A DNA stretch of 39,817 nt from Catajapyx aquilonaris (taxonomy: Eukaryota). Below, piece after piece: positions 25,186-35,155 of this stretch. How positions within the stretch are numbered: the stretch's first letter is position 1; every line of letters begins with the position of its first letter. The translations under genes were made by a program, and so were the position numbers. Where the stretch lies: assembly GCA_000934665.2 (NCBI GenBank), contig KZ538928.1, forward strand, positions 1-39,817, given 5' to 3'. Below the pieces are notes generated by a model. That model had not been told where the DNA came from. It did not search any database and saw only the letters and a list, made by a program, of their open reading frames with translations.

Positions 25186-26288
25186 CGAGGGCGAGTCAAA
25201 ACAAATTGAGACTGATTTTTTATGAGATAAAGAGAATTGGTTCATGACTTGCTGTGAATGGCATTGTATCCCTAATGGATTGAAGTATTAGGACACCAAT
25301 TTTTGTTCGAACATTCCACAATTCTAGGCGATGGTGACACAGGAAGTATATAGACCTAGGTTCAAATTCGCCTCCACTCTGCCAGGAGGTTGGCGGTAAG
25401 GACCAATATTCAGCATTGAGGTTTTGCTACCGTTTGAAAAAAACAGCCACAGAGACATATGACATTCTAAGATTGTGAAAAGCACACACCGATCACTATG
25501 TTAGGTCACAAGACATTGCAACTCATTGCAAACCTCCACCGGCATCTGCTTCTCCTCTGGAGTAAACAGCCTGGGGCCCCAGAGCATCAGGCTCAAACGC
25601 ATCGCATGTGCAAATGGTAATGCGAAATTGTGTGGGGCACTACCACGGGATACCACACATTTTGGCATGGTCATCGACGGTTATGTGGCGATCGTCCAGG
25701 ATAATCACTGCACATGTGGTGTTAATGATCTCCTCTGTCATGACTGATGGGAGTCTGCAGACCTGTCTCTTTGAAATCGGACTACCGACCCCAGCTGAAT
25801 GCCTTGTATCATCAGTCCAAAAAGAATTGTCCCGTCACGTCAAGCGGGCAGCCACGCGTCAGGATGAAAGGAACCTTGAAACTGGTTCCTTACATCCTGA
25901 CGCGTGGCTGCCCGCTCGACGCGACGGGACAATTCTTTTTGAACTGTTGATACCATTGGAATGCTGTGTAACACTTCTTCACTATATGACTCTCTTAGCA
26001 TATATTGTACATCTCTGTCGCTGTTGTCTTCAATCAGAAGCAAAACCTCAACGCTGAATACCTCACCTCACCAATACCTCACTGCCGACCTCCTGGCAGA
26101 GGAGAGGCGAATATAAACCTAGGCCTACTTCCAGTGTTACCGTAGCATGAGATTGTGGAATATTCGAACAAAAATTGGTGTTCTAATACTTCAAGGCATT
26201 CTGGACATGATGCAACTCACCACGAGTCATGAACTAATTCTGATTACCACATATAAAATCCGTCTCAATTCATCTTGACGCGTCATCG
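25186..26288. mobile_element. Mariner-derived foldback element with nested ~145-bp palindrome (25808-25951)
   Basis: TA-cgagggcgagtcaa / ttgacgcgtcatcg-TA; relic mariner N-terminus ALRFCYRLKKTATETYDIL at ~25413-25470. Confidence 0.75.
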
Positions 26289-26564
26289 TACATTCGAAAG
26301 TTCTTAACATATTTTTGCATGTAGCTCACTAAAATCGATATTAATGGCATCAGTGTGCACACATTACTAGTTTTACATTGTATTATCCCACCTGAGGGGT
26401 TGTTGCATTGTGTAACCATGATAAATTCATCCAGGATCACTAATTTGGGAAATGTTACTTCCAGCAGACAATATGCAACTCTAAAAGCTGCTCATTTTAT
26501 AATACTGGTGAAAAAACTAAACACAAATTCTCAAGGGATTCTCCCACCTTCTGTGGTGACTTAA

Positions 26565-26800
26565 CCCTGGAACCGTGTCATGGGGTCTTTTAGGACCCCA
26601 AAGGAATTAAAATGCATCGCAATGAGTGACCTTGAAATGATAATGACCTCAAACTCCGTGTAATCCTTAAAAAAAACTTCATTTCATGGATCAAATCCGG
26701 TTTCATAATTTGCACACCTACCAAAATGTAGATAAGTTATTGTTTTTGGACCCATGCTCTAGTGGTGGGGTCCCAAACGACCCCACATCACGGTTCCCGG
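26565..26800. mobile_element. piggyBac-like MITE remnant
   Basis: TTAA-ccctggaaccgtg...tggggtc..gacccca mirrored at 26766-26800; right TTAA absent. Confidence 0.45.
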
Positions 26801-27113
26801 CATACTCGTTTGTGTCAGTTCTTATTGCAAGCTATATTTTCAGTGAAGTACCTTCAGGCTGATATTCGCCTTTTACGAAACTCCCAACACCATCAAATCA
26901 AGCACTCATGCTGGACTAGAATTTCATTTTGCCACCCAACCCTCTCCACTATCCTCATCTCCACTACAAAAATGAACTGTTGCCATTTAAAAAAGTATCT
27001 ATAACAGGAAGTGCATGTTTATTTTGAATTAGCGATCATTTTAGGCATTGTTCAAAGAATGATTGCATATAATATAGTCAGTACATTGAAAAGTATTATC
27101 CCCCTCAAAAATG

Positions 27114-27977
27114 CACTAGTAAAAAACGCGCAAAGTTGTCTGCCGAAAAAACCTGTGAGATAGTGTCTGGGCCAAGCCTTTCTTCGAGGCTATAAGCTAA
27201 GTGGGGTAACTTGGCTGGACTTGGTTCACTGGCACTAGGAACAATGAGATACGCGGTTTTATACAATAGAAAGTTAACTTTTAACACTCATTGGTACAGC
27301 AATTACTCAAAAATGTGACCTTCAAATGGAATATTTACTTGTAACTGTCAATGGTGGAGCAGTAACGTAACAACTCCACTTTAAAAGTACATATATTATA
27401 GTTCCTTGATTCATTAGAATAATGTAGTGGCCCTCGATTAGACGACAGGGACACCACACAATAATCACACACGGGGAAGACGTTACAACCAGAATGGCAC
27501 TATATTCAGGAAAAGACAACAACACGTCTGTCTCACAGGAAGCAGTAATAGAACTGATCCATTACAAAACATCAACAACATCAGTGTCCTGGCATCTAGG
27601 GCAACATACAACAACCTGGTTTCCAGGACACTACAATAGTTATAAATATACTTGGACCTCTGATTCATATCACAAGAACTACAAAATGTCACCTTCGAAC
27701 TGCACATGATTACAATCACGGTTTATTAGACTGGAAAATTGAGTCGCACAGCTTATTGGGATAACAGTGACTTTATCAAATTCCAGCGAACTGAACGCGT
27801 ATGGTTCCTCGTGCACGCGAACCAAGTCCGACCAAGTCATCTCACTTAGGTTATAGCCTCGAAGAAAGGCTTGGCGTCCACCACGATGTCACGACCTTGT
27901 ACGGCAGAGTGGACAAGGCTTGGCTCCCAGACACTATCTCACAGGTTTTTTCGGCAGACGACTTGGCGTGTTTTTTA
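27114..27977. mobile_element. CACTA/EnSpm-like non-autonomous element, right tip lost
   Basis: Starts cactagtaaaaaacgcg...; ~140-bp TIR mirrored at ~27800-27977 but lacking the terminal ctagtg. Confidence 0.65.
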
Positions 27978-27978
27978 A

Positions 27979-29145
27979 AGGGACACTCCACTCAAAATAC
28001 AAGTTGTGTTCTAAAAATCGGGCAAGGAATCCTGATTCCGAGGGTATAAGCAATTTTTCTGGAAGACGAACGGTAAGGCCAGGGCGAGAGGTCAGATTCG
28101 TAAAATAATAGTCTCCCGCCAGCGAGTGGAGACGCCTGGCAGGAACGCGAACCCCTCGTGGCGGCCAGACGGAGAACCACACATCAGTAGCTATTTTCTA
28201 GCACTACTAGCAGCTACAACTAACTGCTAATGACAAGTCTCTCGCCTAGGCCAGTGCATGCTACACCTAATTGTCTAACAACCAAATGACTAATGTTGTA
28301 GCCTGGCAGACACCAATAGTGCTTCATATGGGAATTAGTCATTGAAATAGAGCCATCTTCTGGGCCCTAACACATATTAGCTGCTATTCTGAAACGCGTT
28401 GCGGTTATTCTAAGATGGCGCCGCCCAGTGATTCTGTTCCGGGACGGAATGTAATGGAAATGAGTGCGGCTCTTGGCTCTGCTGCTGCGATGGAGGGTGC
28501 CCAGGATGGACATGGTCCCTTCTGACCAGGCGGCCCCCAATCCACTGCGCATGGCCTCCTACCCTATCAGTTGGAGCCTTGGAGGCACTGCTGGTGCTAC
28601 TGCTAGTGCGGATGACCAGCATACTGATGTCGGCGATGATGAGTTCGTTGGGCGGCACCCGTACATGCCGTACTTCGAACGATGATTATGACGAGGTCGA
28701 TGAGAGCGATGGGGACGACGAGGACAGATGCGTCATGTTCTGTCGCCTGTCAGGCAGGCTCATTGTTATTTGGGTATGCGGACTATAAACAGATATGTTG
28801 GTGTCCCATCTGGTTTCACTTTGCACTCCTCAACCACTCACGTGGGCCAAAGTCACACTCCCGTGCGAAGATGACATCACCACGAATCTTCTGGGTCGGT
28901 GGAAAGGTAGAGCACGGTCCGTTTCAAATCCGCGCCTACCGCTCTCTAGTTCTGCCCTCACCTACCCTCAGAGGGTGGCGTCGCCACCTGCGTTTGCCCG
29001 TTTGAGCGCGGTTTTCGAACGACACATTTCCAGCCTTCGCCCTGGCCGTACCGTTCGTCTCTCAGAAAAACTGCTTATACCCTCGGAGTCAGGATTTTTC
29101 GCCCGATTTTTAGAGCCCAACTTGTATTTTGAGTGGCGTGTCCCT
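27979..29145. mobile_element. TTAA-flanked TIR element (Kolobok-like, AGGGACAC termini)
   Basis: ~108-bp TIRs (27979-~28086 / ~29038-29145); TTAA at 27975-27978 and 29146-29149. Confidence 0.8.
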
Positions 29146-30173
29146 TTAAAGCCGCTGTACATGCGAAACAGCCTGTGGGTCTGTCCCTTGTCATGATCCA
29201 GGTTCAGCTCTCGCCCAGGGTAGCGCTGGTTGTCAATCACCACGTACAGGTCCCGCACGTTCAGGTGGTCAAAATGATCGGAATGCTTGGCCAGCTGATT
29301 GTCTCTATCGGTCTGAAAACCGACCAGTATGAATTTGGGGGTGTTGGCCTTGGTTCCGCTGACGGGTATGTTGAAGGAGAAGGTGGTCTCCCCCTGGGGC
29401 AGCGGCTGCGTTCCCGATCTCCAGTCCCTGTAGGCAATGTGGAAAGGGACTTCCGCCTCGATGTTCCGCAGGAGCCGGTTTTTCGTCTCCAGGGAGGGCG
29501 TGTAATGAGGGACGAACAGGCTGATTTTTTCAAATACGACCTTGTAGGACGAGAGCGCGGCCGCCGCCGGCGCGACGGTGTCGGTGTACAGCAGCGCGTC
29601 CATATCCTGCTCGTTTCGAGTCAGAGTTAGGATGAGATGCGGGGCGTACAAGAGACCCTGGTAATCTTCGAAGAAGCCTCCCAGGCTGGCCAGAGGAACC
29701 AGGATTTGAAAATGTCCGGTCGAATTGAAGTAGGGGTCGATCGTGCCGTGCCTTGTCGGCACCCATCCTTCGTGTTGCAGGTTTGCCAGATGGTTGCATG
29801 CCAGCCCTTTAAGCGTGGTGACTCGCCCCAGGTTGGTCAGGTGAGCCACCTCGGTTCCGTGAAGAGTGGCCACGAACTTATCGAAGTGGCTCAGGACGAA
29901 ATTGTTGCATCCTGTCACGTTGTCTGCATGGGCGTAGGCGGCGGTACCCTTCTGCAGTTTGCCGCATATGCTATAATAGGCCTGCGAGAGATTGACCAAA
30001 GCATCGATCCTGGGCAGTCGAATCACCACGTCCGAGTGCGGGTAGGAGAGGTCCTTAGAATCCGGGAAATATTCGATCTCGTCGATCTTGTCGAAGTGTT
30101 CCGCAAGGTCTTCTTCTCCTCCCTCGGCGGCGGTTAAACTCTGTAGCGCCGATTGGGCTTCACTCGACAGCAT
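29146..30173 (-). CDS. Double jelly-roll major capsid protein (hexon-like), 3'-truncated; ORF reads on to 28968 through foreign TIR sequence
   Basis: Polinton MCP-like motifs (VPLASLGGFFEDY, LILTLTRN, PKFILVGFQTDR, FDHLNVRDLYVVIDNQRYP); likely start MLSSE at 30173 overlapping the mCP stop. Confidence 0.85.
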
Positions 30174-30843
30174 CGCGGATGTGTATGCGCAGGGCGACGC
30201 TGTCATCGCCGTTATATAAAGAATCGCCATTTTGATCCGTGATGTGGATGTTTATCTCGTCGATGAAGGAGACAGAGACGGGCAGGTAGATGGGGTGCGG
30301 GATGACCTCCACCACGGCGTAGTGCGGGGCCACGTTGGGGAAGTAGGAGTAGAGCAGGTTGGTGTCGACGCTGTTGGAGTAGCCCCCGGAGATGATGTCG
30401 CAGTGGATCTGTATGCCGTTCACGTCGTTGATCTGGATCATCCTCTCTCCCAGCACCATGGCATGCTCCATCTTCACGTACTTGGATATCCCCAGCAATT
30501 TCCCCACCGATCGGGGCGCCGAGAAATTCACAATCAAATATGTGTCGGTCACTTTAACCTCCACCCTGGCCGTGTTCTCGTTGATCCCAATTTCCAGTCC
30601 TTGCACGCGGGTATTGAGGTATGCCACCAAATCTTTGCATTCGTAGTGGCCGTGAGGCACGAGCAGCGTTTTTGGGCCGTTACGAGTGTTGTACTCCAAC
30701 TCGCAGTTGGACTCGTTGACGTTGGGCACGCTGTAGTAGGTGTTGTAACTAATTAGGGCCAACTCGGTCTTTGGCGACAGGATGATTGGTTGCGGAAAGA
30801 CGCATTTGATTTTGGGCGCGTACCCGTTGATCTCTATGAACAT
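30160..30843 (-). CDS. Minor capsid protein (penton-like, single jelly-roll)
   Basis: Motifs ELALISYNTYYSVPNV, VPHGHYE, IQIHCDIISGGY, YLPVSVSFIDEINIHITDQNG; directly upstream of MCP; first ATG at 30843. Confidence 0.85.
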   Translation of the reverse strand: MFIEINGYAPKIKCVFPQPIILSPKTELALISYNTYYSVPNVNESNCELEYNTRNGPKTLLVPHGHYECKDLVAYLNTRVQGLEIGINENTARVEVKVTDTYLIVNFSAPRSVGKLLGISKYVKMEHAMVLGERMIQINDVNGIQIHCDIISGGYSNSVDTNLLYSYFPNVAPHYAVVEVIPHPIYLPVSVSFIDEINIHITDQNGDSLYNGDDSVALRIHIRDAVE

Positions 30844-30878
30844 GCTTACTGTCCCCCACACGCCCCCCGCGCCCGCCC

Positions 30879-32252
30879 TTATAGCTTATAGTTGAGGTGA
30901 TCGTACGTGGCCAGAGAGATGTAATTCTTGCGACGCAACTCGCTCACGATAGCCGCCACCTCGTTTCGATGGGAGGTGTTCCCGGCCTGCCTGGACGCCA
31001 CCAGATCGCGCAGCCGAAACACCAGGTCGTCCCCACTCGAGTACGGGAGAAAATCCACCTGGTCCGCAACTTTAAGTCCCTCCCCAGTTTTCGCCGCCGC
31101 CGCCGCCACCGCCACCGCCGCCGCCACCGCCGCTGCGACCGTCCCATTTGCCTTCGCTTTCTCCCAGATGGGTTTTATTATTTGCTTGTACTTGTAGCTC
31201 GTGTTCGAGATGGGTTTGGCCGATCTGGGGTCGTGCTCTCTGAATATGGCGTTCGTTTTCAGCAATATATCCGCGTACTTGGTGAGGTCGCTGTGGGTGT
31301 GCTTCATGGGCACTTTGTGAATGAGCAGCGCGATTAATCCCGGCGTCAGGACATACAAGTCTTCCCCCACCACGATGTTCTCCGGCCCCATCTCGATCTG
31401 GGTGTTGCCGATAAACCAGCCGTCGTGTCTTTCGTTCAGGCCGTACGTGTGGTCGGGGTCTACGGCCATTTTGTAATCGTACATGAGTTTGTTTGTGGCT
31501 CGACGTATTTCTGCGGAGGGGGACGAGCCCGTGGAGGATCGTCTGGGAGCGTCGGGGGCAATTAAACGAAAAGGCAGTTGCAGGGATGTGCCCAAGCGTA
31601 ATGGCGTGCCCGCTAGGAGGGGAGTGCGTGAAGACGATGGGCCGGGGGTGACCGATGGGCCGGGGGTGAGCGATGGGCCGGGGGTGAGCGATGGGCCGGG
31701 GGTGAGCGATGGGCCGGGGGTGAGCGATGGGCCGGGGGTGAGCGATGGTGTCTCCTCCTCCTCCTCCTTCCCCCCTTCCTCATCCTCATCCTCGTCATCA
31801 TCATCATCCTCCTCGTCATCATCATCATCATCATCCTCCTCCTCCTCCTCCACTTCATCATCCTCATTCTCCACCTTCACCTGCTTACTTAGTATGGGGG
31901 AGGAAGCCCAAGGCAGGGAGGCCCTGAAGCTGGGAGGCTCCTCCTTTACCTCCTCCTTTACCTCCTTAATGGATGTTTCCGGCGTGGCCAGCGTCCTGGT
32001 TATCGGCATGAAAAATTCCCGCAGCTCCTGCGTTTGCTCCTGTTTCATCAGTCCTTCTTTCTGGAATTTCATCCGCACCAGCTTCTCCAGACGAGACGCA
32101 TTTGCATACTTGCTGATGAGCCGCTGCCGCCTCTTCCTCCTTTGCCTCTCCATGTCTGCCTCGCGCCGCGTCGGTCCTTCCTTTTTATACCTCCACATTG
32201 CTTCTCGGGATCCAGCTGTTGTGAGCGGCGCCGAACCCTTTCCATTTGACAT
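30879..32252 (-). CDS. Maverick-associated putative virion core protein (457-aa ORF; real start may be 32153)
   Basis: Blocks typical of insect Mavericks (FFMPIT; DHTYG...TPGLIALL..K.P...DLTKYADIL; GEG; LVFRLRDLVASRQAGNTSHRNEV..I..ELR) plus acidic, TPGPSL-repeat and poly-Ala tracts. Confidence 0.7.
   Translation of the reverse strand: MSNGKGSAPLTTAGSREAMWRYKKEGPTRREADMERQRRKRRQRLISKYANASRLEKLVRMKFQKEGLMKQEQTQELREFFMPITRTLATPETSIKEVKEEVKEEPPSFRASLPWASSPILSKQVKVENEDDEVEEEEEDDDDDDDEEDDDDDEDEDEEGGKEEEEETPSLTPGPSLTPGPSLTPGPSLTPGPSLTPGPSVTPGPSSSRTPLLAGTPLRLGTSLQLPFRLIAPDAPRRSSTGSSPSAEIRRATNKLMYDYKMAVDPDHTYGLNERHDGWFIGNTQIEMGPENIVVGEDLYVLTPGLIALLIHKVPMKHTHSDLTKYADILLKTNAIFREHDPRSAKPISNTSYKYKQIIKPIWEKAKANGTVAAAVAAAVAVAAAAAKTGEGLKVADQVDFLPYSSGDDLVFRLRDLVASRQAGNTSHRNEVAAIVSELRRKNYISLATYDHLNYKL
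31635..31748. repeat. 18-bp coding tandem repeat, ~6.3 copies (TPGPSL)
   Basis: cgatgggccgggggtgag repeated head to tail with one substitution. Confidence 0.95.
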
Positions 32253-33408
32253 AGAGTAGGTCTCCGCGCTTCTTCAGCACCTTCTCGATGAGAAACACGT
32301 CTGGAATTGAGGACTTCAACAGTTCCTGCTCGTAAAAGGAACCATCCACGTCTTTTAGCTTGTACGTAACCGGATCGGTTGCCTTCCTCTTCACACTCTC
32401 CACCTCGAAGATTTCGTTAGACCAGTTTGGAAGATAGGATTTTTCAAATTCCTTCTTCGCCTTAGACACGCGCACCCTGTCTCCCACCCGCAATTTAGGC
32501 TTTTTGATTGCCAGTGGTCTGCCGGCCCTCTTCACTTTTCCACTCTGCCGGGCCTCCTCGGGTGTGGTGTCAATGGTTCTATGGGGGCGGTTGTTGTAAT
32601 CCTTGAGGAGGCTGGGAAGAAGCGCGTACCAGCGTCGATGACCCAGAGCGGTGAACCGAGTGTACATGCGGGTTTTCAGAGTTCTGTTGAAGCGCTCGAC
32701 GACGGAGGCTTTGAGGTCGGAGTGGGTCGAGTAGTGATTGACGTGGTTCTCTTCCATCAGCCTCTTCACGTGGGAATTGTAAAACTCTTTCCCCTTGTCG
32801 GTCTGGAGATGTCTGGGGACTTGCTGGGCTCTAACCAGCACCTTCTTTAAGGCCGCGGCCACCTCCGCGCCGGTCTTCCTCTTTAGCGGAACCCCCCAGG
32901 CATATTTGGTGTAGGTGTCGATGATTGTCAGCAGGTACCTGTATCCTCGATTCTGGCGGCTGAATTCGCCCATCTCCACCAAATCCGCCTGCCACAGGTC
33001 GTCGGGCCCTTTAGTTACCACTTGGCGGCGAGGAAAGTTTCGTCGCGCCGGTCTGTGCACCTCCTCCGCGATTCTCTCCATGGCAGCAGCAGGCCCCGCC
33101 CCCACCGCCCCCTTCACTTTCATGGCGGCTGCGACGGCTATAGCCGCAATCTTTTCTTTCAGTCCCACCGCGGGGTCTCTCACCAGCTTCCATGCCTCTC
33201 GGGCCAGGATTCGATCCGCTTCCCGTCTGCCTCGGGGCTCGATGTATGCCACGTCGTGGGCCTTGCACAGCTTGTCCAGCATATTTATTCCCGGGTCGCC
33301 TCGAGCCAATCGCTTCGATAGTTTAGTTCCTGGTCCGCAGTACTGGTAGCCTCCGGGCAAATGCAGCTCGAAAGGAAGCTTGTCGATTAGCTTGTTCAGG
33401 AACGCCAT
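32185..33408 (-). CDS. PLA2X - rve (DDE) integrase - chromodomain fusion protein, 407 aa
   Basis: N-terminal YQYCGPGT...DKLCKAHDVAY...ADRIL (parvovirus VP1u-type PLA2); WQADL / LQTDKGKEF / VERFNRTLK (DDE); C-terminal YVKWKGF...NSWI (chromodomain). Confidence 0.92.
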   Translation of the reverse strand: MAFLNKLIDKLPFELHLPGGYQYCGPGTKLSKRLARGDPGINMLDKLCKAHDVAYIEPRGRREADRILAREAWKLVRDPAVGLKEKIAAIAVAAAMKVKGAVGAGPAAAMERIAEEVHRPARRNFPRRQVVTKGPDDLWQADLVEMGEFSRQNRGYRYLLTIIDTYTKYAWGVPLKRKTGAEVAAALKKVLVRAQQVPRHLQTDKGKEFYNSHVKRLMEENHVNHYSTHSDLKASVVERFNRTLKTRMYTRFTALGHRRWYALLPSLLKDYNNRPHRTIDTTPEEARQSGKVKRAGRPLAIKKPKLRVGDRVRVSKAKKEFEKSYLPNWSNEIFEVESVKRKATDPVTYKLKDVDGSFYEQELLKSSIPDVFLIEKVLKKRGDLLYVKWKGFGAAHNSWIPRSNVEV

Positions 33409-33502
33409 TGTGTGTGTGTGCTAGGAGGACCGCTCGGGCCGATATATATATATATATATGCACGCAGAGCGCAGCCCAGTGTTCAGTGTGCTTACGCCCC
33501 AG
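33409..33502. promoter_or_regulatory. Putative bidirectional promoter between divergent viral gene blocks
   Basis: 94-bp gap between divergent ATGs (33408 minus, 33503 plus) with a symmetric (AT)9 tract at 33442-33459. Confidence 0.5.
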
Positions 33503-34070
33503 ATGGAGTCTGGAATAATCGTTGCCTTGACCACCTACCGGGACGGCGCGAACAATCATTTTGTCAAGGAGGCCAGCGCCGTCTCGGTCCTACTGGAGCG
33601 CCAACACATTGATCATTTCCTCTTCCAGTCGCCCAACGAAGAACGCAGCTGGCCTCGAGCCGTGCGGGAGATGAATCGTTTCCTGCGAGGCGTCTGTCGC
33701 ATCCCGTTCAAAGCCGGCTTCCTTCCTTCTTACATGGTGAAGAGCTGTCTGACCAGGGCCACCGAGGAGCACAAACGGGTTTACAGCAAAGGGACCGAGA
33801 TGTGCGCCCTGCTGCTACTTGGGTCGGAGGGTGCACAATGTGGAAGACCTCTCGTGCCCCTGCTACCAGCATTTGAAGACGCAGCTGCCCGTCAATGTCT
33901 CCTGTCACTTGAACCATTACTGTACTCTCAAGAAGGCCATGATGATCCGGGACTGGATGGAAAGGACGGAAGGCAGTTGCAGCAGCAGCGGCAGCAGCTA
34001 CGAGAGCCTGGAGAGTCGAGAGGTGGAGGATGAGGTGGAGGTGGCGGAGGACGAGGTGGAGACCGTATAA
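33503..34070 (+). pseudogene. Maverick-type DEDD/RNase T-like exonuclease homolog, one frameshift at ~33815
   Basis: First frame: FVKEA..HFLFQSP..VYSKG; next frame continues LGRRVHNVEDLSCP...CHLNHYC; family assignment from remembered motif pattern. Confidence 0.6.
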
Positions 34071-34105
34071 ATGAGCCCCTAACACGGCCGCCGCGTGCCA
34101 TTGCG

Positions 34106-34765
34106 ATGAAAATATTCAATGTTATCGGTGGGGTGAACAGGGAGGGGGGAAAGCACCTGCCCGAGCACATCCGGGGCATCATTACGGGGCCTTCCATGTG
34201 CGGGAAGACAAACCTCTTGGTGAATTTCCTCCTCATTCCCGAATACCTCCAGTACGACAAGGCGGTTATATTCACCACCACTCGGGAACAGCCTATTTAT
34301 CGGAAATTGAGGGAGGCCTTCGACGAGGCTGGAGAAGGACATAGGTTGGAATTTACCGACGAGCCCCCGCCTCCCCCCTCCTCCAGCGCCCCTGCTCGTG
34401 CTCCCCACCTGCTAATCTTTGACGATGTCATGCTGGAACAACAGAGAATCATAATGGACGCCTTCACCCACGGGCGGCATCGCAACGCCCACGCCCTGTA
34501 TCTCGCTCAGACGTACACCAGGATACCCGCCGCGCTCATCCGCGACAATGCCAACATTCTCTTCGTCTTTCCCGTCTGCGATCGCAACCTGAACATGATC
34601 TTTCGGGACCACTGCTCCTGCGACTTTGACAACTTTCAGGAATTTAAGCAGATGTGCATGCGCTGTTGGGATAAGAAGCCTTATACCTTTCTCACCATCG
34701 ACAAGACCAAGGCTGCGACGGGGGGGAGGTACAAAGAATGTATGGGAAAGGAAATAAAGTTTTGA
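34106..34765 (+). CDS. A32/FtsK-HerA-like genome packaging ATPase
   Basis: Walker A GPSMCGKT, Walker B LLIFDD, and GRH, AQ and IRDN motifs; intact 219 aa. Confidence 0.93.
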   Translation: MKIFNVIGGVNREGGKHLPEHIRGIITGPSMCGKTNLLVNFLLIPEYLQYDKAVIFTTTREQPIYRKLREAFDEAGEGHRLEFTDEPPPPPSSSAPARAPHLLIFDDVMLEQQRIIMDAFTHGRHRNAHALYLAQTYTRIPAALIRDNANILFVFPVCDRNLNMIFRDHCSCDFDNFQEFKQMCMRCWDKKPYTFLTIDKTKAATGGRYKECMGKEIKF

Positions 34766-35155
34766 ATCTGCCGGCATTCTTGTTGTTGTTTGTTTGTTTT
34801 CCCTTCTATTGTCTCGCCTGCACCTGCCATGGCATCGAACACGCACGCGAGGATCGAGGGAGGAGGGTTGCGGGGCATCAAGGATGATGCGGCGAGCCTG
34901 GGGAAAAAGGTTAAGGGTCCCCACCCTCCAAACATGAGCACCTTCCCAGGGGGCCACCGAAAATCTGCCCGGGCCAAAGTGTGCCGCGTCACCGAATCGG
35001 AATTTCGGCTATCCCCAATTTTCTCGGACGGAGGCCTGGGGGCCGTGGGAGGGCCATCTTTTAGTTTTCTTTTNNNNNNNNNNNNNNNNNNNNNNNNNNN
35101 NNNNNNNNNNNNNNNNNNNNNNNNNNNNNNNNNNNNNNNNNNNNNNNNNNNNNNN

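Noticed and set aside
27979..29145. The 108-bp inverted repeats as the Polinton TIRs
   Set aside because: Both copies lie on one side of the viral genes, are TTAA-flanked and interrupt the MCP gene, so they belong to a separate transposon
29133..30756. Several long + strand ORFs opposite the capsid genes
   Set aside because: Expected antisense open frames in GC-rich coding DNA; no recognisable motifs
30844..30882. Baculovirus-like late promoter TAAG motifs upstream of the minor capsid gene
   Set aside because: Very short motif, not seen before the other structural genes
31635..31748. Regular repeats suggesting a CRISPR array
   Set aside because: Head-to-tail 18-mers with no spacers, inside a coding frame of a eukaryotic element
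31483..32259. 258-aa Ser-rich ORF on the + strand
   Set aside because: Antisense shadow of the acidic/repeat region of the core protein gene; no independent motifs
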